From assembly GCA_001600815.1 (NCBI GenBank), contig BCKZ01000019.1, positions 249,981 through 313,980 of the forward strand: DNA of 64,000 nt. Direction: 5' to 3'. This DNA comes from Alloascoidea hylecoeti. Its lineage: Eukaryota. The notes under the pieces were generated by a model. The model was not told the origin of the DNA. It saw nothing but the letters and a program-made list of their open reading frames with translations, and searched no databases. Of the stretch, positions 23,207 to 37,129 are shown piece after piece; the stretch's first letter is position 1, and each line of letters opens with the position of its first letter. The position numbers and the translations under genes were made by a program.

Positions 23207-25625
23207 ATTGTTATGATATTATTATTATAATTAAGGTGAAGTTGAAATAGAAGTTTTGTTGATGTTAAGTTATGGAGTTTCGTAAGCAACTTTTAAAAAT
23301 GCTTGGATTCGGTTTAATAAAGGAATGAATGAATGAAGAAGAAGAAGAAAGGGAAAAAATGAGAAAAATAATAACTTATTTATATCATGAATTAATGACA
23401 AATAAGTTTAGCTATAAATTTTCTATGATGCATACATATAGGAATAATGGAGAATTAATTATAACGTTAACGTATATTAAACAGGGTCTACCTTAAAATT
23501 AATTCGTGTAATTGTAATTTTCAATTCAGCCTTAAGGGCGCTTGTTTTATTCAAGGAAAGAATGATTCTTAAAATTAAACAAAACGTGGATTTAACTAAA
23601 GCTAATTAAAATGATAATGATATCATGAGTTGTTATGTTATATTTTTGGTTATAGAAAGAAAGTCTCACCTCTTCCCGATTCTTTTTAATAGATAGGTCT
23701 TAATATATGCTAATGAAGACTTCAAAGATAAACACTTTTTAATTTTAATATTTTAATAAGACTTTTTGCTATAATTATCTAAATTTAATGAATAAGTGTA
23801 TATTAAGGCCTATCGATTTTATACATAATAATTAATATTATTATAAAAGTGGTATAAGGCTTACTGTTGAATTTATAGTTTACGCATATGCATACTCCAT
23901 AGCTTGTTAATGTAGTCCTATTATGAGTCCTATAGCATAAAATGCTTGAAAGGATAAAATAGTTCATAATATCTTTCTCTGGGACTAGGCGATAAGACCA
24001 GTAAGATATCGCCGTTTGATAATGAATTCTAACCTTGGCTAATACCTGTTTTAAACATCAAGACTTGTTTTTCAACCCATTCCAATTTCAAGACCTATCA
24101 ATATACAGCGATCCACAAAAGCAATTTTTAAGGACTCCAACCCAAATGCATTCAACCCATATGCATCCATATTGAATATTACACATATTTGAATTCACAT
24201 TACATCGCGATTGGTGCTGTTTCAGGATCAATAATTCCAAATTTATACTAATTTATACTATATGGGCTTTTGTATTCATTCACTCAGGCGTGATGATAAT
24301 AATATCGATATGTGAATCTTTTAAAATTTTTACTAGTGATGTCCTATATAAACTAGTGAGTGTTCTTATAGGTATAGCTTAACATTTAATATCTATTGAA
24401 TGAATATTATAGGATTTTGAAATTTCAGACTATAAAAAAATACCTGGATCTCTAGCTAGGCTTAAGTTGTATCCCATCACACCATCTTTTTTTTTTTTTT
24501 TTGAGCTTTATATAAATCATTAGTTAAGTTAATTAATATCATCATATGTTTATGCATAAATTTGTAAGGAATAGAAAAACAACTAATAATATAAATTCTT
24601 ATAAGCACATATTAGACCGTTTAATCCTTAATTAGTTAACACAACCAAAAGTGATAAAAAGAACCTTTTTTATAAATAGTTCTCCTAAATAGTAGTTATA
24701 AACTATAAATACGGAGATCTGCATACTTATAGGTCTACTTGTACCACGTTATAATCTCAGCTACATGTTGTCTCTACAACTCTTTTCATGTTATTTGCAA
24801 TTGAATAATTTACTGACTTGAATTAAAGGTTTACAGCTAGATCATATAATCTCAAAGGCTTAGGAGTTAAAACATTAGAATGGGTTATATGAAGTTCTCA
24901 ATTCAATGTCTTAGCCCACTCATACCGTTTAACTCGTGCATAATAATTTCCATTAGATCTAGATTAAAATGGATCGATTAAACTATCAGTTGCTAAAACC
25001 AAAGAGAAATTCATCATGCCTTACAAATCACAAAGGTTACTACATTATAATTTAGATATTTTGTTATTATAACATATTTTCTTTGAGTCTCATTTAAGGT
25101 TTCTTTCGAATTCTAGATATAGGTGTATGCCAGTATTTAGTCACGGACCACACCATTCAATCCAGAAGATTCTGTGATGGAACAATTAAGCCGATAGGAA
25201 ATACTTTTATCGCATAAGAAGGACTTACTGATGGAACGGCTGCTTATCTGCTGCATACATTTGAGTTCTGTCTCGAAGCCACGCAAAAAAGTGACACAAT
25301 CCATCAGAAAACTTGAATGTGCCTTCCTCTATAGGTAACTCAGGTATGACGTGAATTTCTAAGATTATGCCTATTTTTATTTAAAAAATAACATTGATGA
25401 AATCATGTAAATGGTTATTTATGCGAATAGTATGTCTCCATCTTTACGAGGCCTTCCACTTGATACTCGTAGAAGACACATGTATTTAACTCCCTAAAAA
25501 TAACTTCCTAAAATTCAAACTAAATAATATACTCTATCTTCCGAAATTTTTGTATGTTTTCACCCATATACCCATAAAAATATATAATTAAGTGAAAGTA
25601 GTAATCATTAACAAACTTTCAATAG

Positions 25626-26903
25626 CTATATCCAATCATGAAACATATCTTCAAGTTCATCTTTCCATATTTGAATTGAGCCCCCATTTTTCTCATCGAA
25701 ATCAACAACAAAATCTTTAAATATTGACAAATCTTTAAAAACAATCAAATATTTACTAATTTGATCCATATAAATTTTTAATTTATTTTTATAATTGAAA
25801 TGATCTTGATTATTATCATTAATTAAATTATATTTTCTTATAATTTCTCTAAACTTATTAGAATTAAAAATATTTTCTTTAAATTTTTTTGAAGATGATG
25901 AAGGATTATAAATATCGTTAAAATTATAATTTTCATTAATTACAGTTCCAAAACTCCAATTATTATTTTTATAAAATTTTTTAAATTCTGTTTTATCTGG
26001 GGTATAAATAATTGGAATATATTCAGTAAATTCTTTTGAATTAAAAATATAATATCTTGTTTTTATTTTATCAATAAATAATGGACCAATTGGATTTATT
26101 AATGATGTTTTATTTTTACATAAATTAAAATCGATATCATCTAAATTTCTTTTATTGTTATTAAAAGTATTGTTATTATAACAATTAAATATAACACCAA
26201 TTGATTTTGACATTAATGATTTTGGTTTAATTTTCATTAAATTTGAATATGAATATTTTTCCCAAATATTTGAATAATTATTTGAATGAATATTTCTTAA
26301 AAACTCTTTACTTCTTGATATTTTATAACATACTTTTTGCTTTTGTTTTTGTTTTTTTTGAATTTTGAAATTTTGTTGGCGGTTATTATTTGTTTTAGTT
26401 ACAAAATGACAAATAGGATTTTCCCAAATTGTTTCTTCAAAAGCTTTAGTGATCAAATTATTTCCATGATCATCATTATTTCCAATCATACCTTCTTGAT
26501 CTTTAACAGGCATATTATAAGTAGCATCGAAAATTAAAAATCCTCTTGTACAATAATGTAAATGAACTTTATGAGTAGTTTTCATTTTTTCAAACAATGA
26601 TTTATGATTATCATCATTATTAACATTTTTATAATTTAAATTTAAACTTAAAGGAAATTCTCTCGAAATAGAATAAGCAATTTTAAAACCAGTATAAGGA
26701 TATAATGGTGGATCACCTTTTCTTTTATCTTTATATCTTGATCTTGATGGATCACATCGAATATCCATAATAGCATTTTTGTGAAACTCATTAATTGGCT
26801 TGATTTTTTGAACATCAATTGCTTGTGTTTGAATTCGCAGAAACCTAGACAGAAGTGAAAAAATAAAGAGGTTTAGAATAAGCTTGAAAGATAACATATG
26901 CAT
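25626..26903 (-). CDS. hypothetical 425-aa protein with N-terminal hydrophobic signal/anchor, Asn/Lys-rich
   Basis: Long ORF in very AT-rich DNA; hydrophobic residues about 4-19; no family recognised. Confidence 0.7.
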   Translation of the reverse strand: MHMLSFKLILNLFIFSLLSRFLRIQTQAIDVQKIKPINEFHKNAIMDIRCDPSRSRYKDKRKGDPPLYPYTGFKIAYSISREFPLSLNLNYKNVNNDDNHKSLFEKMKTTHKVHLHYCTRGFLIFDATYNMPVKDQEGMIGNNDDHGNNLITKAFEETIWENPICHFVTKTNNNRQQNFKIQKKQKQKQKVCYKISRSKEFLRNIHSNNYSNIWEKYSYSNLMKIKPKSLMSKSIGVIFNCYNNNTFNNNKRNLDDIDFNLCKNKTSLINPIGPLFIDKIKTRYYIFNSKEFTEYIPIIYTPDKTEFKKFYKNNNWSFGTVINENYNFNDIYNPSSSSKKFKENIFNSNKFREIIRKYNLINDNNQDHFNYKNKLKIYMDQISKYLIVFKDLSIFKDFVVDFDEKNGGSIQIWKDELEDMFHDWI

Positions 26904-27622
26904 TGATTACATAGATGTGTTGAAGATAAGTTTAAGAGGTGTTTTTAATTGAAGGTCTTAAGAGGTTTTTGTGTACCAACATAACATTTAATGCTACATC
27001 ATGTAGCAGTTAAGAATTTTGCAATATTTCTGTGACATAAACAGTTATTATAGAACTGTGAAATTTTCTTATACTTATATGAAAATCACAGAGATTTCTG
27101 AATGATTTCACCAAAGACAATTCCTTCTGATTAAACGAAATTTACTATGTCCACACTCCACATCTAGAGCCAGGTATAAGCTTATAATTTTGAATAAATT
27201 GATGGAATTTAATGTATGATTTAACCCCACCTGAATATATCAAAAAGTTATTACTGATTGGGTCTATTTTATGTGAATATAATGTCAACAAAATCACAAC
27301 TTAATATTAGAATATTCGAATGTTGATATCCTTAGTAACTTGATACATTATACCTAGCTATATAGTATATATTAATAGATATAGCAATACCATGGTAGAA
27401 TATAGGGCTTTATAATTTAAATTTAAATTTATATACAATAAGAGTCAGTGTAGTACTAAATATGACCTTTTATCACAAACAGAGTTCTAGAAGTAAAACA
27501 TGCATATATAATTGTTAGTTTGGTGATAAGTTTAGAACCTTCAAGTAGATCACTTAAAACTAAATCTTTTGTGTGAATCAACGTTACACCAAATAGACGG
27601 TGAGGACTTTCTACATTGAGGC

Positions 27623-27662
<40 letters not shown>

Positions 27663-27701
27663 TAGAAGGCCCTGGAAAGCCAGAGAAGGGAGTAGGAACT
27701 A

Positions 27702-27858
27702 CAGTGAAATGGCGCGATTGGGAACGTCTCAACTGGGAAAACCTTCGGGTAACAGTCGAATATCGATGTTTACCCGATTATAATAAATAATGACCTGAGC
27801 ATAGTGCACCGGTGTATCAATCTCCGGCTGAGAGGTTCCCAATCGTGCCGTTTCACTG
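27702..27858. mobile_element. MITE, Tc1/pogo-like, 157 bp
   Basis: 24-bp terminal inverted repeats CAGTGAAAYGGCRCGATTGGGAAC (2 mismatches) flanked by TA on both sides. Confidence 0.8.
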
Positions 27859-27884
27859 TATGTAATTAATTGTACAATAGTTTG

Positions 27885-28245
27885 CGTAAATACCGACCAC
27901 TTGGAGACCTAAATATTCGACCACTTTTGCAAAAATATGCGCCCACGTGTTGAAATAATAATTAGACGACGTGATATAATAATATTCGAGCAAATGAACT
28001 ACGCTTTATATTAAATATTAGGCCACGTAATGCATAAAGGTTTAATCACTTATGGAATAATGTATTCGTTCATTTCTTCAATTCAATATTCGACCACATT
28101 TTGAATTAGGTATTCGACCACTTATTCAATTAATAGTTGAGCCACTTCATGCATAAATATACGATCGCTTTACACTTAATAAGCAACCGGTCTCTGAATT
28201 AAAATTTCGCCCATGACATGCATAAAGGTTCGACCATCTCTTAAA
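27885..28245. repeat. degenerate minisatellite of about 21-24 bp (core TATTCGACCAC / ATGCATAAA)
   Basis: Recurrent (ATT)CGACCAC at about 27894, 27915, 28088, 28111 and 28229, with ATGCATAAA variants. Confidence 0.6.
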
Positions 28246-29106
28246 TTAAATATTTGTGGGAGGATAGGTAGGGGGTTAGGGAAAGGAAAAATTTCGGTGT
28301 ATTATATATTTATAAAAAGGCGAAATAAGCTTACAAAAAAAACTAAACATTAGTGTTTCGAGGCAGCAGCATGGTTTTGGTTCGGACCCTAGAAAATAAC
28401 TAAATAACTGCCAAAACTTTGTTTTTGCAAACCTGCCGTGATTATACAGTGAATTAAATTGTGTCAAAACACGAATTGTTTAATACCCACAAATAACGAT
28501 TTAATTCTCTTTTATTATTTTAAAGACTTCAAGTTCTTTATTCATATGGAATTTCATGCTAAGAAATGACCTATAGACTATAAAATATGACATGACATGC
28601 TATTAAACATTGACAGCTGGTTAATGTCTCAAAGTTGTTATTTCAAGCATTGTTGACATCTTTTTTAAGGCTCATTAATTAATAATAAGTAATTATTCAT
28701 TCTATTTTATATTTGATGTATTAAATTGTCTCATAATGGAATTTTCATATCATAATCATTATTATGATTCATTAATATTAATCTTTAGATTTAAAACAAA
28801 ATTTGAACATTCATTAATGATTAAATGTATTTGTAAACTAGCTAATATTGATACTAAATAATTGTAAGCAAAACTGTAATTATGAATAACAAAAAAAGAG
28901 GAATAACAACAAAAAATAATAAGAAAAGTAGAAGTATGAAATATGATTTATATAATTTAAATATTGAATAAGTACCATGGTATGATCATATGATACATTT
29001 ATTCAAGTACACTTATATAAAGATGGCCAAGGGGTAAAAAAATATATTGTTGAGCAAGTAAAAAAAGAGCATGATATGATTTAAGAGATTTGTAAATTTT
29101 ATAAAT

Positions 29107-30213
<1,107 letters not shown>

Positions 30214-30327
30214 TCACGTTTAAAATGACAGATGTCAAATAAAAAAAGCAGGGAAAAGAGAAGAGAAGAAAAGAGGAAGAGAAAGAGAAGGAGACTCTTA
30301 AATATTTGATATCGATGCTTTGGGGGC

Positions 30328-30356
30328 TGAAACAAACCTACTCCGGAAAAGTTTCA
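30328..30356. promoter_or_regulatory. Ste12 pheromone-response-element-like pair (TGAAACA on +, TGAAACT on -)
   Basis: Exact TGAAACA about 170 bp upstream of the MAPK start plus a 6/7 match 22 bp away. Confidence 0.4.
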
Positions 30357-30552
30357 TGTTATCTTTTGCAAATTGGAAATGGGGTTCGATCCTCGTTGTT
30401 CAATTATTTATTTTAATTTAATATTTGTTTTGGCTCTGAAAATTTCAGTGATTTCCGTTTTCCGTGGAATTCCGAGTCTCGGATCCAAAAATATATAAAA
30501 CCTTTTTTCTTCCCCAACTTTTATTTTCATTTTCATTTTCCGACCAATCCCA

Positions 30553-32055
30553 ATGTTCAGAATTAGTACCATTGCAAGAAGAACTCCTCAAGCCGCCCGC
30601 ACCGTTTTGGTTGCCCGTACCGTTGCGGTTCGTGGATTTTCTGCTGTTTCTCAACGTTTGGCTGACGACGTTAGAATAGAAACCGATGCTTTTGGGGAAA
30701 TTGAGGTTCCTGCTGATCGATATTGGGGTGCTCAGACTCAAAGATCTAAACAAAATTTCAAAATTGGTGGAGTTCGTGAACGTATGCCAGAACCAGTTGT
30801 TCGTGCTTTTGGTGTCCTGAAGAAATCCGCTGCCATTGTTAATGAAAGATATGGTTTAGATCCTAAAGTTTCAAAGGCCATTCAAACTGCTGCTCAAGAA
30901 GTAATTGATGGTAAATTATCTAATCATTTCCCATTGGTTGTTTTCCAAACTGGTAGTGGTACACAATCAAATATGAATTCAAATGAAGTTATTTCAAATC
31001 GTGCCATTGAATTATTAAATGGTGTTAAAGGTTCAAAATCTCCTGTTCATCCTAATGATCATGTTAATATGTCTCAATCTTCAAATGATACTTTCCCAAC
31101 TGTTATGCATATCGCTGCTGTTTTAGAAATAAATAAATCTTTATTACCTGCTTTAACTGATTTAAGAGATTCTTTAAAAGCTAAATCTGAAGAATTTAAT
31201 CATATTATTAAAATTGGTAGAACTCATTTACAAGATGCTACTCCATTAACCTTAGGACAAGAATTTTCTGGTTATGTTCAACAATTAGAAAATAGTATTG
31301 CTAGAGTCGAAGCAGCCTTACCACGACTCCGATTCCTTGCACAAGGAGGCACAGCCGTTGGTACTGGTTTAAATACTAAAAAAGGTTTTGATGTTGCAAT
31401 TGCTGAAGAAGTTACAAAATTAACTGGTGAACAATTCTATACTGCTCCAAATAAATTTGAAGCTTTAGCTAATCATGATGCAATCGTTGAAGCTTCTGGT
31501 GCTTTAAATACAGTTGCTGCTTCATTATTTAAAATCGCTCAAGATATTAGATACTTAGGTTCTGGTCCAAGATGTGGTTATGGAGAATTAGCATTACCAG
31601 AAAATGAACCAGGCTCTTCGATTATGCCAGGAAAAGTAAATCCAACTCAAAATGAAGCATTAACAATGGTTTGTACTCAAGTATTTGGTAATAATGCAAC
31701 AATTACATTTGCTGGTGCATCTGGTCAATTTGAATTAAATGTTTTTAAACCTGTTTTAATTTCAAATTTATTATCATCAATTAGATTATTAGCAGATGGT
31801 TCAAGATCTTTTAAAGATCATTGTGTTGATGGTATAAAAGCAAATGAATCAAGAATTAATCAATTATTACATGAAAGTTTAATGCTTGTAACTGCTTTAA
31901 ATCCAAAAATTGGTTATGATAAAGCTTCAAAAGTTGCTAAAAATGCTCATAAAAAAGGTTTAACTTTAAAACAATCTGCTATTGAATTGGGTGTTTTAAC
32001 CGAAGAAGAATTTAATGAATGGGTCAAACCTGAAGAAATGATTTCTCCTAAATGA
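30553..32055 (+). CDS. FUM1: fumarate hydratase class II
   Basis: [13 protein letters not shown] signature; Arg-rich mitochondrial presequence. Confidence 0.97.
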   Translation: MFRISTIARRTPQAARTVLVARTVAVRGFSAVSQRLADDVRIETDAFGEIEVPADRYWGAQTQRSKQNFKIGGVRERMPEPVVRAFGVLKKSAAIVNERYGLDPKVSKAIQTAAQEVIDGKLSNHFPLVVFQTGSGTQSNMNSNEVISNRAIELLNGVKGSKSPVHPNDHVNMSQSSNDTFPTVMHIAAVLEINKSLLPALTDLRDSLKAKSEEFNHIIKIGRTHLQDATPLTLGQEFSGYVQQLENSIARVEAALPRLRFLAQGGTAVGTGLNTKKGFDVAIAEEVTKLTGEQFYTAPNKFEALANHDAIVEASGALNTVAASLFKIAQDIRYLGSGPRCGYGELALPENEPGSSIMPGKVNPTQNEALTMVCTQVFGNNATITFAGASGQFELNVFKPVLISNLLSSIRLLADGSRSFKDHCVDGIKANESRINQLLHESLMLVTALNPKIGYDKASKVAKNAHKKGLTLKQSAIELGVLTEEEFNEWVKPEEMISPK

Positions 32056-32869
32056 TTTTTTCATGCATGTTATAAATAGATGTTGATATAGGGCCTATAC
32101 AAGAAAAGTAAGTTTTTTCATAATATTAACTATAAATGTTGATGATCTTATATTTTTAATTGTTATACTATACTGTAAAATGTTATAGACATCTCTGTGT
32201 AAGGATAATGAGTCTTAAGCTTGTAGATTCCGTTAATTACGTCTACATGTTAATACGTGACATTGTGTGTCTTGCTCTGTAGTTCGGTCCTCAAGATAAA
32301 ACTAGCTATAAAGGTCACTGGTGTTATATAAGCTTATAGGCCCTATATAATGCTAATGTATCACTATCACCTGTAAATTCTAAATTTCTCAATTTCAAAT
32401 AGAGACATTACTCTAAATCTCCAAACTAAGAATGTTGCTCTGCGACAGACACCAAAACAGTTGTTCGATGATTCTCAAACATCGATTCCACCATTTATAG
32501 AATCATTTCATAAAACTTGGACGATTAATAATATAAATAACTATACATGTTTTCTAAAGGCATTTCGATCGGTAAATATATTTACTCCAGTTCGTTCTGG
32601 AACTTTCCTTAAGTCGTAATCAAAATAGGAAGTTTTTATCAAATAACAAAATATAGAACCCTATTTCTTATTCAGACTGCCATTGGTGAGTTAAGTAAAA
32701 GGAGGAGATTCTGCTGTTTTCTCCTCTCTTCAAAATTTTTCTTCCTCGCCACCTTCAACAAAAGCTTGTCTTATAAAAAATATCCAACGTATTAGTAAAC
32801 ATATCGATCAATATCAATATCAACACCAATATTACATTTATCATTACTTCTAATTGCCCAAACATTAAG

Positions 32870-33923
32870 GCTGAATCATTTGCCATGACTCTTAAATACC
32901 ACAATGTCTATGCAAAATCATTCACCGTGAAACCGGCCATTATTTCGAAGTATCCCAATGTTCATGTCGAATCATTCACCATGCCCTTTACTTTTCCTAA
33001 TGTTTATACCAAATCATTCACTATTGTTTCTAAATTTCCAAATGTTTATATCAAACCATTTACCATTATCCATAAATATCCCAATGTTCTTGCCGAATAA
33101 TTCTTCATGGCTACAGCTTTTCCAAATATTGATGCTAAGCTATTCACTATTGTTTCTAAACTCCCCATTAACAATATCTTCGGTAAATGTGGTTATAAAT
33201 CGTATGCATTTACTTGTACAATGAATTTTCATTATTCTATTATTAATCTTAGACGTTTCGAATCCACTAAAGAAACAATTTCTAAATATTTATACCCAAA
33301 TATAAATGACAATATTAAGCGGCTCAAATACATCCTTGTTCCACCACCTCTTACGAGGAGAAAACATTTCAATTCAATTCAAAAGAAGAACAACAAATTC
33401 TTCATTTATTAAAAAATATTTATATTGGCTCAAAGCAAAGAAATATTCATACTGCTTTTAATAATACTGATTACAAATCAAATTTATTATTACCTCTGAT
33501 TGATTTAATCGAGTTGAAGGGAGTTAAAATCGCCTTTGAAGTAGTGGTCGAGGATTTTCCGCCCTTATTATTACAGTTAATTGACTTAACAGAAGAGGAT
33601 ATGTTAACTTACTTCTCAATGATATTTTAGAACCAGGGTTGAAATTGGTTTCTGAACCATCTAATTACTCATATTTAATAATCATCGATAAGGAATCATA
33701 ACTTTATGACGTAGAAATGGTTAATGATGGTATCGATTTGGTTATTGATTCTACGATTAAAATTACTTCAATTTCAAAAGAAGTACTTGAATTTCTTCAC
33801 AAAAACTTAATCGATGATAAATCAGATATGTATTTTGGAATTGTTGATCATTATCAAATTGACAGGATAATAGTTGAGATTATGGCACTTGGAATGAGAA
33901 GTAAAATTAAGAGCTCAGATTAA
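32870..33923 (+). pseudogene. disrupted gene containing ~12-13-aa tandem repeats (K[YF]PNVxxxSFT)
   Basis: ORFs 32885-33100 and 33107-33412 are in the same frame, separated by one TAA; about 6 repeat units; further coding-like fragments to 33923. Confidence 0.5.
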
Positions 33924-34131
33924 ATATAATCAGTTATAATAATGCTATACAACTATATATAATCTTATACTTTAATATAAATATTTACTATTTTTCATAT
34001 TTGATCTTATTTAGATAGCTGAAACATTAACAATTTCAATGCAAACTAAGAGCTTATATTACAAGAGCTATTGTCTGAAGGTTGGTTCCTTCACGAATAA
34101 AACAAAATAATAACGTCAGGTTTTTAGGAAG

Positions 34132-34183
34132 ATAAGACACATTCGGCAAATGGCCAAATAAGACACATTCGGCAAATGGCCAA
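34132..34183. repeat. 26-bp perfect tandem duplication
   Basis: ataagacacattcggcaaatggccaa x2. Confidence 0.9.
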
Positions 34184-34564
34184 ATGTGGCTGCGCTATTT
34201 GTAGATCACTAATATTTGTGATTGTTGAAGAGTATAGTATATCCGTATGTGACTTAATTCAATTTCACGCAGTTTTAAACAGTTATCACATTGTCAATAG
34301 GAACAAATTAACACTACGTGAGCAATCAATGGATCATAGTCTTTTTGAATATACGTGATGAGATTGTACAAGCCGTCTCAAGTTCTTGATCCTTATACGT
34401 AGATTCTTGGTAATGGATAAAGATAACATGCAAAGTTGGTTCAAACCACTTACAAATATGAATAGAAAAAATGACACATTTCAATTTCTGGAGTAGAAAA
34501 CGATATAGCTATTATAGATCCAAAATAGATTATAATACATAATAATATCTACTTCTTCTTATGA

Positions 34565-36310
34565 TTATTCCAAAAAGTTCGGGATATTTTTGATACAATC
34601 TTCTTTTGTACCATTTGGATTTTCTAACTGCCAACCAATAATTTTTTCTAAGATTGTTTTCATCCATGGACCAGGTTTTTTACCAGTAATTTTAGAAATA
34701 TCTTTCCCATCAATTAATTGCTTTAATTTCCATGATTCTTGTAATTTTTCATTATGTATATAATCTAATAAGCTTTCATATTGTTGAATAATTAAATCAA
34801 TTGAATCATCATTATTATTTGTGATATCTATAATAAGACTGTATGTTATAAATATAATCCATTTTTCACCAAGTTCTTTAATTAATAAACCAACTGATCT
34901 CCTTGTAAAAGATAGTTTTGATATTGAAGGATCAGAGTTTATAATATCTGATACTTTTGATTTATGAGAAATTATTTTATGAACCAATTCAGAATCATTT
35001 TTACCAAAATTTAAAGTTGATTTAATTATTGTAATAATAGCAGGAATTTTTTTATTTTTATTATCAATAATATTTATTAAATCCCATGGTTTCAATAAAA
35101 TTGATAATAATAATAATCTTTTATATTCATTATTAATTTTAAATATTTTAAAATATTTTAAATGATTTAAAGATAATAAATTATTATTTATTAATTTAAT
35201 TGATTTTTCTAAATATAATGATGTTTTAATTAAAGATATTTTATAATTTGAAGGAATTGTTTTTATATTTTCATTTGGTAATTTAAAAATTAAATTATAA
35301 TAATTAATTTCATTAATTATTGAAATACCAAAATCAGAATTAGAATTTTTTAAAATTTTCTCTATTTCTATTCCAATTCTTTCATTACTTATTTTTTTAA
35401 TGAAAGAAGATTTAATTTCATCTAATTTCATTGTATTAATCGATTCATTATCAATTTTAAAATTAAATCTTGTTGAAAATCTAATCATTCTTAAAATTCT
35501 TAATGGATCATCTTTAAACATAATGAAAGGATTTAAAGTTGTTTTTAATAAATTATTTTTTAAATCTTTTAAACCATTTTTAGTAAAATCTTCAATTTTA
35601 GAATTATTTAAATTATAAAATAATGAATTTATTGTAAAATCTCTTCTAAATGAATCTTGTTTTGCTGTTCCGAATTTCATAATTGGTATTCTTGATTTAT
35701 TATTATATTTTTCAAATCTTAAATTAACAAAATCAATTGATTGATTATATAATTCAATTGTTGTTGTTTCTAAATGTTTTGATTTTTCTGGATTCTCTTT
35801 TAATAATAAAGCATTTGAATGTGATTGTGAATTTTGAAATACATTTGGATACTTATCAAAATTTTCATTAATATAATCAATTAAAATTGACACAAACTGA
35901 TGTCCAGTCATTATATTTAAAGAAATATCAATATCATTAGATTCAAGACCAAGAAGTTTATCACGAACCCAACCACCAGTTATCCGAAGTTCCAAATCTT
36001 GATCAAAATCAATAGTTTCTGTATTATTCTCGTCGGTTCCATCAGCATTATGATATATGGAATCAGGATCAATATTAAGATTGTTTTTCATATCATCATC
36101 AATACTATTATTATATTTGTCTGTTGAAACTTTTGGAAGTTTAAAACGAGAATCTTTTAAATGTTTAGTAAAATCAAGTAGTAGGTTTTTGATCTTTATT
36201 TCAGTTTCAGTCAATTTGATATTTATATCCACCTTCCTTGCTAAAAGAGTATGATTACTCTCTAATTTAGTTTTATAATAATAATCATTATTATTGATCC
36301 GGTTATTCAT
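34565..36310 (-). CDS. CCA1: tRNA nucleotidyltransferase (CCA-adding enzyme); first ATG at 36310, frame open further upstream
   Basis: GGWVRDKLLG..DID, NPEKSKHLET, RRDFTINSLFYN, DDPLR and KPGPW motifs. Confidence 0.92.
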   Translation of the reverse strand: MNNRINNNDYYYKTKLESNHTLLARKVDINIKLTETEIKIKNLLLDFTKHLKDSRFKLPKVSTDKYNNSIDDDMKNNLNIDPDSIYHNADGTDENNTETIDFDQDLELRITGGWVRDKLLGLESNDIDISLNIMTGHQFVSILIDYINENFDKYPNVFQNSQSHSNALLLKENPEKSKHLETTTIELYNQSIDFVNLRFEKYNNKSRIPIMKFGTAKQDSFRRDFTINSLFYNLNNSKIEDFTKNGLKDLKNNLLKTTLNPFIMFKDDPLRILRMIRFSTRFNFKIDNESINTMKLDEIKSSFIKKISNERIGIEIEKILKNSNSDFGISIINEINYYNLIFKLPNENIKTIPSNYKISLIKTSLYLEKSIKLINNNLLSLNHLKYFKIFKINNEYKRLLLLSILLKPWDLINIIDNKNKKIPAIITIIKSTLNFGKNDSELVHKIISHKSKVSDIINSDPSISKLSFTRRSVGLLIKELGEKWIIFITYSLIIDITNNNDDSIDLIIQQYESLLDYIHNEKLQESWKLKQLIDGKDISKITGKKPGPWMKTILEKIIGWQLENPNGTKEDCIKNIPNFLE

Positions 36311-37129
36311 TTTGTTAATAGAATTTGTAGAATTGAAATGATGTTGATTTAATGTTATTAGATGGTCAATCGACACAACTTTCAACCCTGATGCTGATGG
36401 TTTAATTAATGAATAATGAGGAAACGGAGGAATTCCCCTTAATTTTTGAAATCTTTTTAATTTGATAATTGAAATTTTTGATAAGATATAAAAATAAGTT
36501 TATTTAAATCAAAAATGGAAATGTTTCACTTTTTCAAACATCCTTTCATTTTTTTTAATTCTTGCCATTTAAAATTATGTGCCATATAAACTAATATAAT
36601 GTATTCAATTGTTCCAAATCTTCTTTTCCTTCGCAAATCATTTTGTTTAGCTAGTGATCTTTTCCAATGAAATGTATGATTTTCTTAGTTTTGCAATGAT
36701 TGAATATGTGTTTTTCCAATCTACTTCATTTTTTAGTCGATTTGAAAGTATCCTTCTATCTTTTTATTTATTTTTTCTTTTTATAATAAGTAAGATATCT
36801 ATTGACTCAATAATCTAATATTGCTGAACGATTCCTGGAGGTCTACCCCATTGCCATTCCATATCATCTTTCCAATTTGTTAAGTCGTTAAAAGCTCTCG
36901 AGTATACGCTCCATCTTTTATTTTCATGTATTTGTAGTGATCCTTTACGATGCATTGATAATTTTCGTGTTGTTTGATTGTAATCTGCTTTGTATCTATT
37001 TTGCAAAACCCTTAACATTAACAGCCCAATCATCCTTAAAATATTTTGAATTATCATTTACTAAAGCTTCTTATGACTGATTTTAATCTCTATGCGAGTA
37101 TAACATACAGGAGGATATAGAGAGGTGGC

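Noticed and set aside
24040..24240. Possible esterase-like relic (LEWVEKQV)
   Set aside because: Too short and degenerate to support
27885..28245. CRISPR-like appearance of recurring short repeats
   Set aside because: Eukaryotic DNA, degenerate repeats, no unique spacers of regular length and no cas genes
30381..30395. B-box-like GGTTCGATCC between the MAPK and FUM1
   Set aside because: No cloverleaf or A box; at most an isolated TFIIIC-like site
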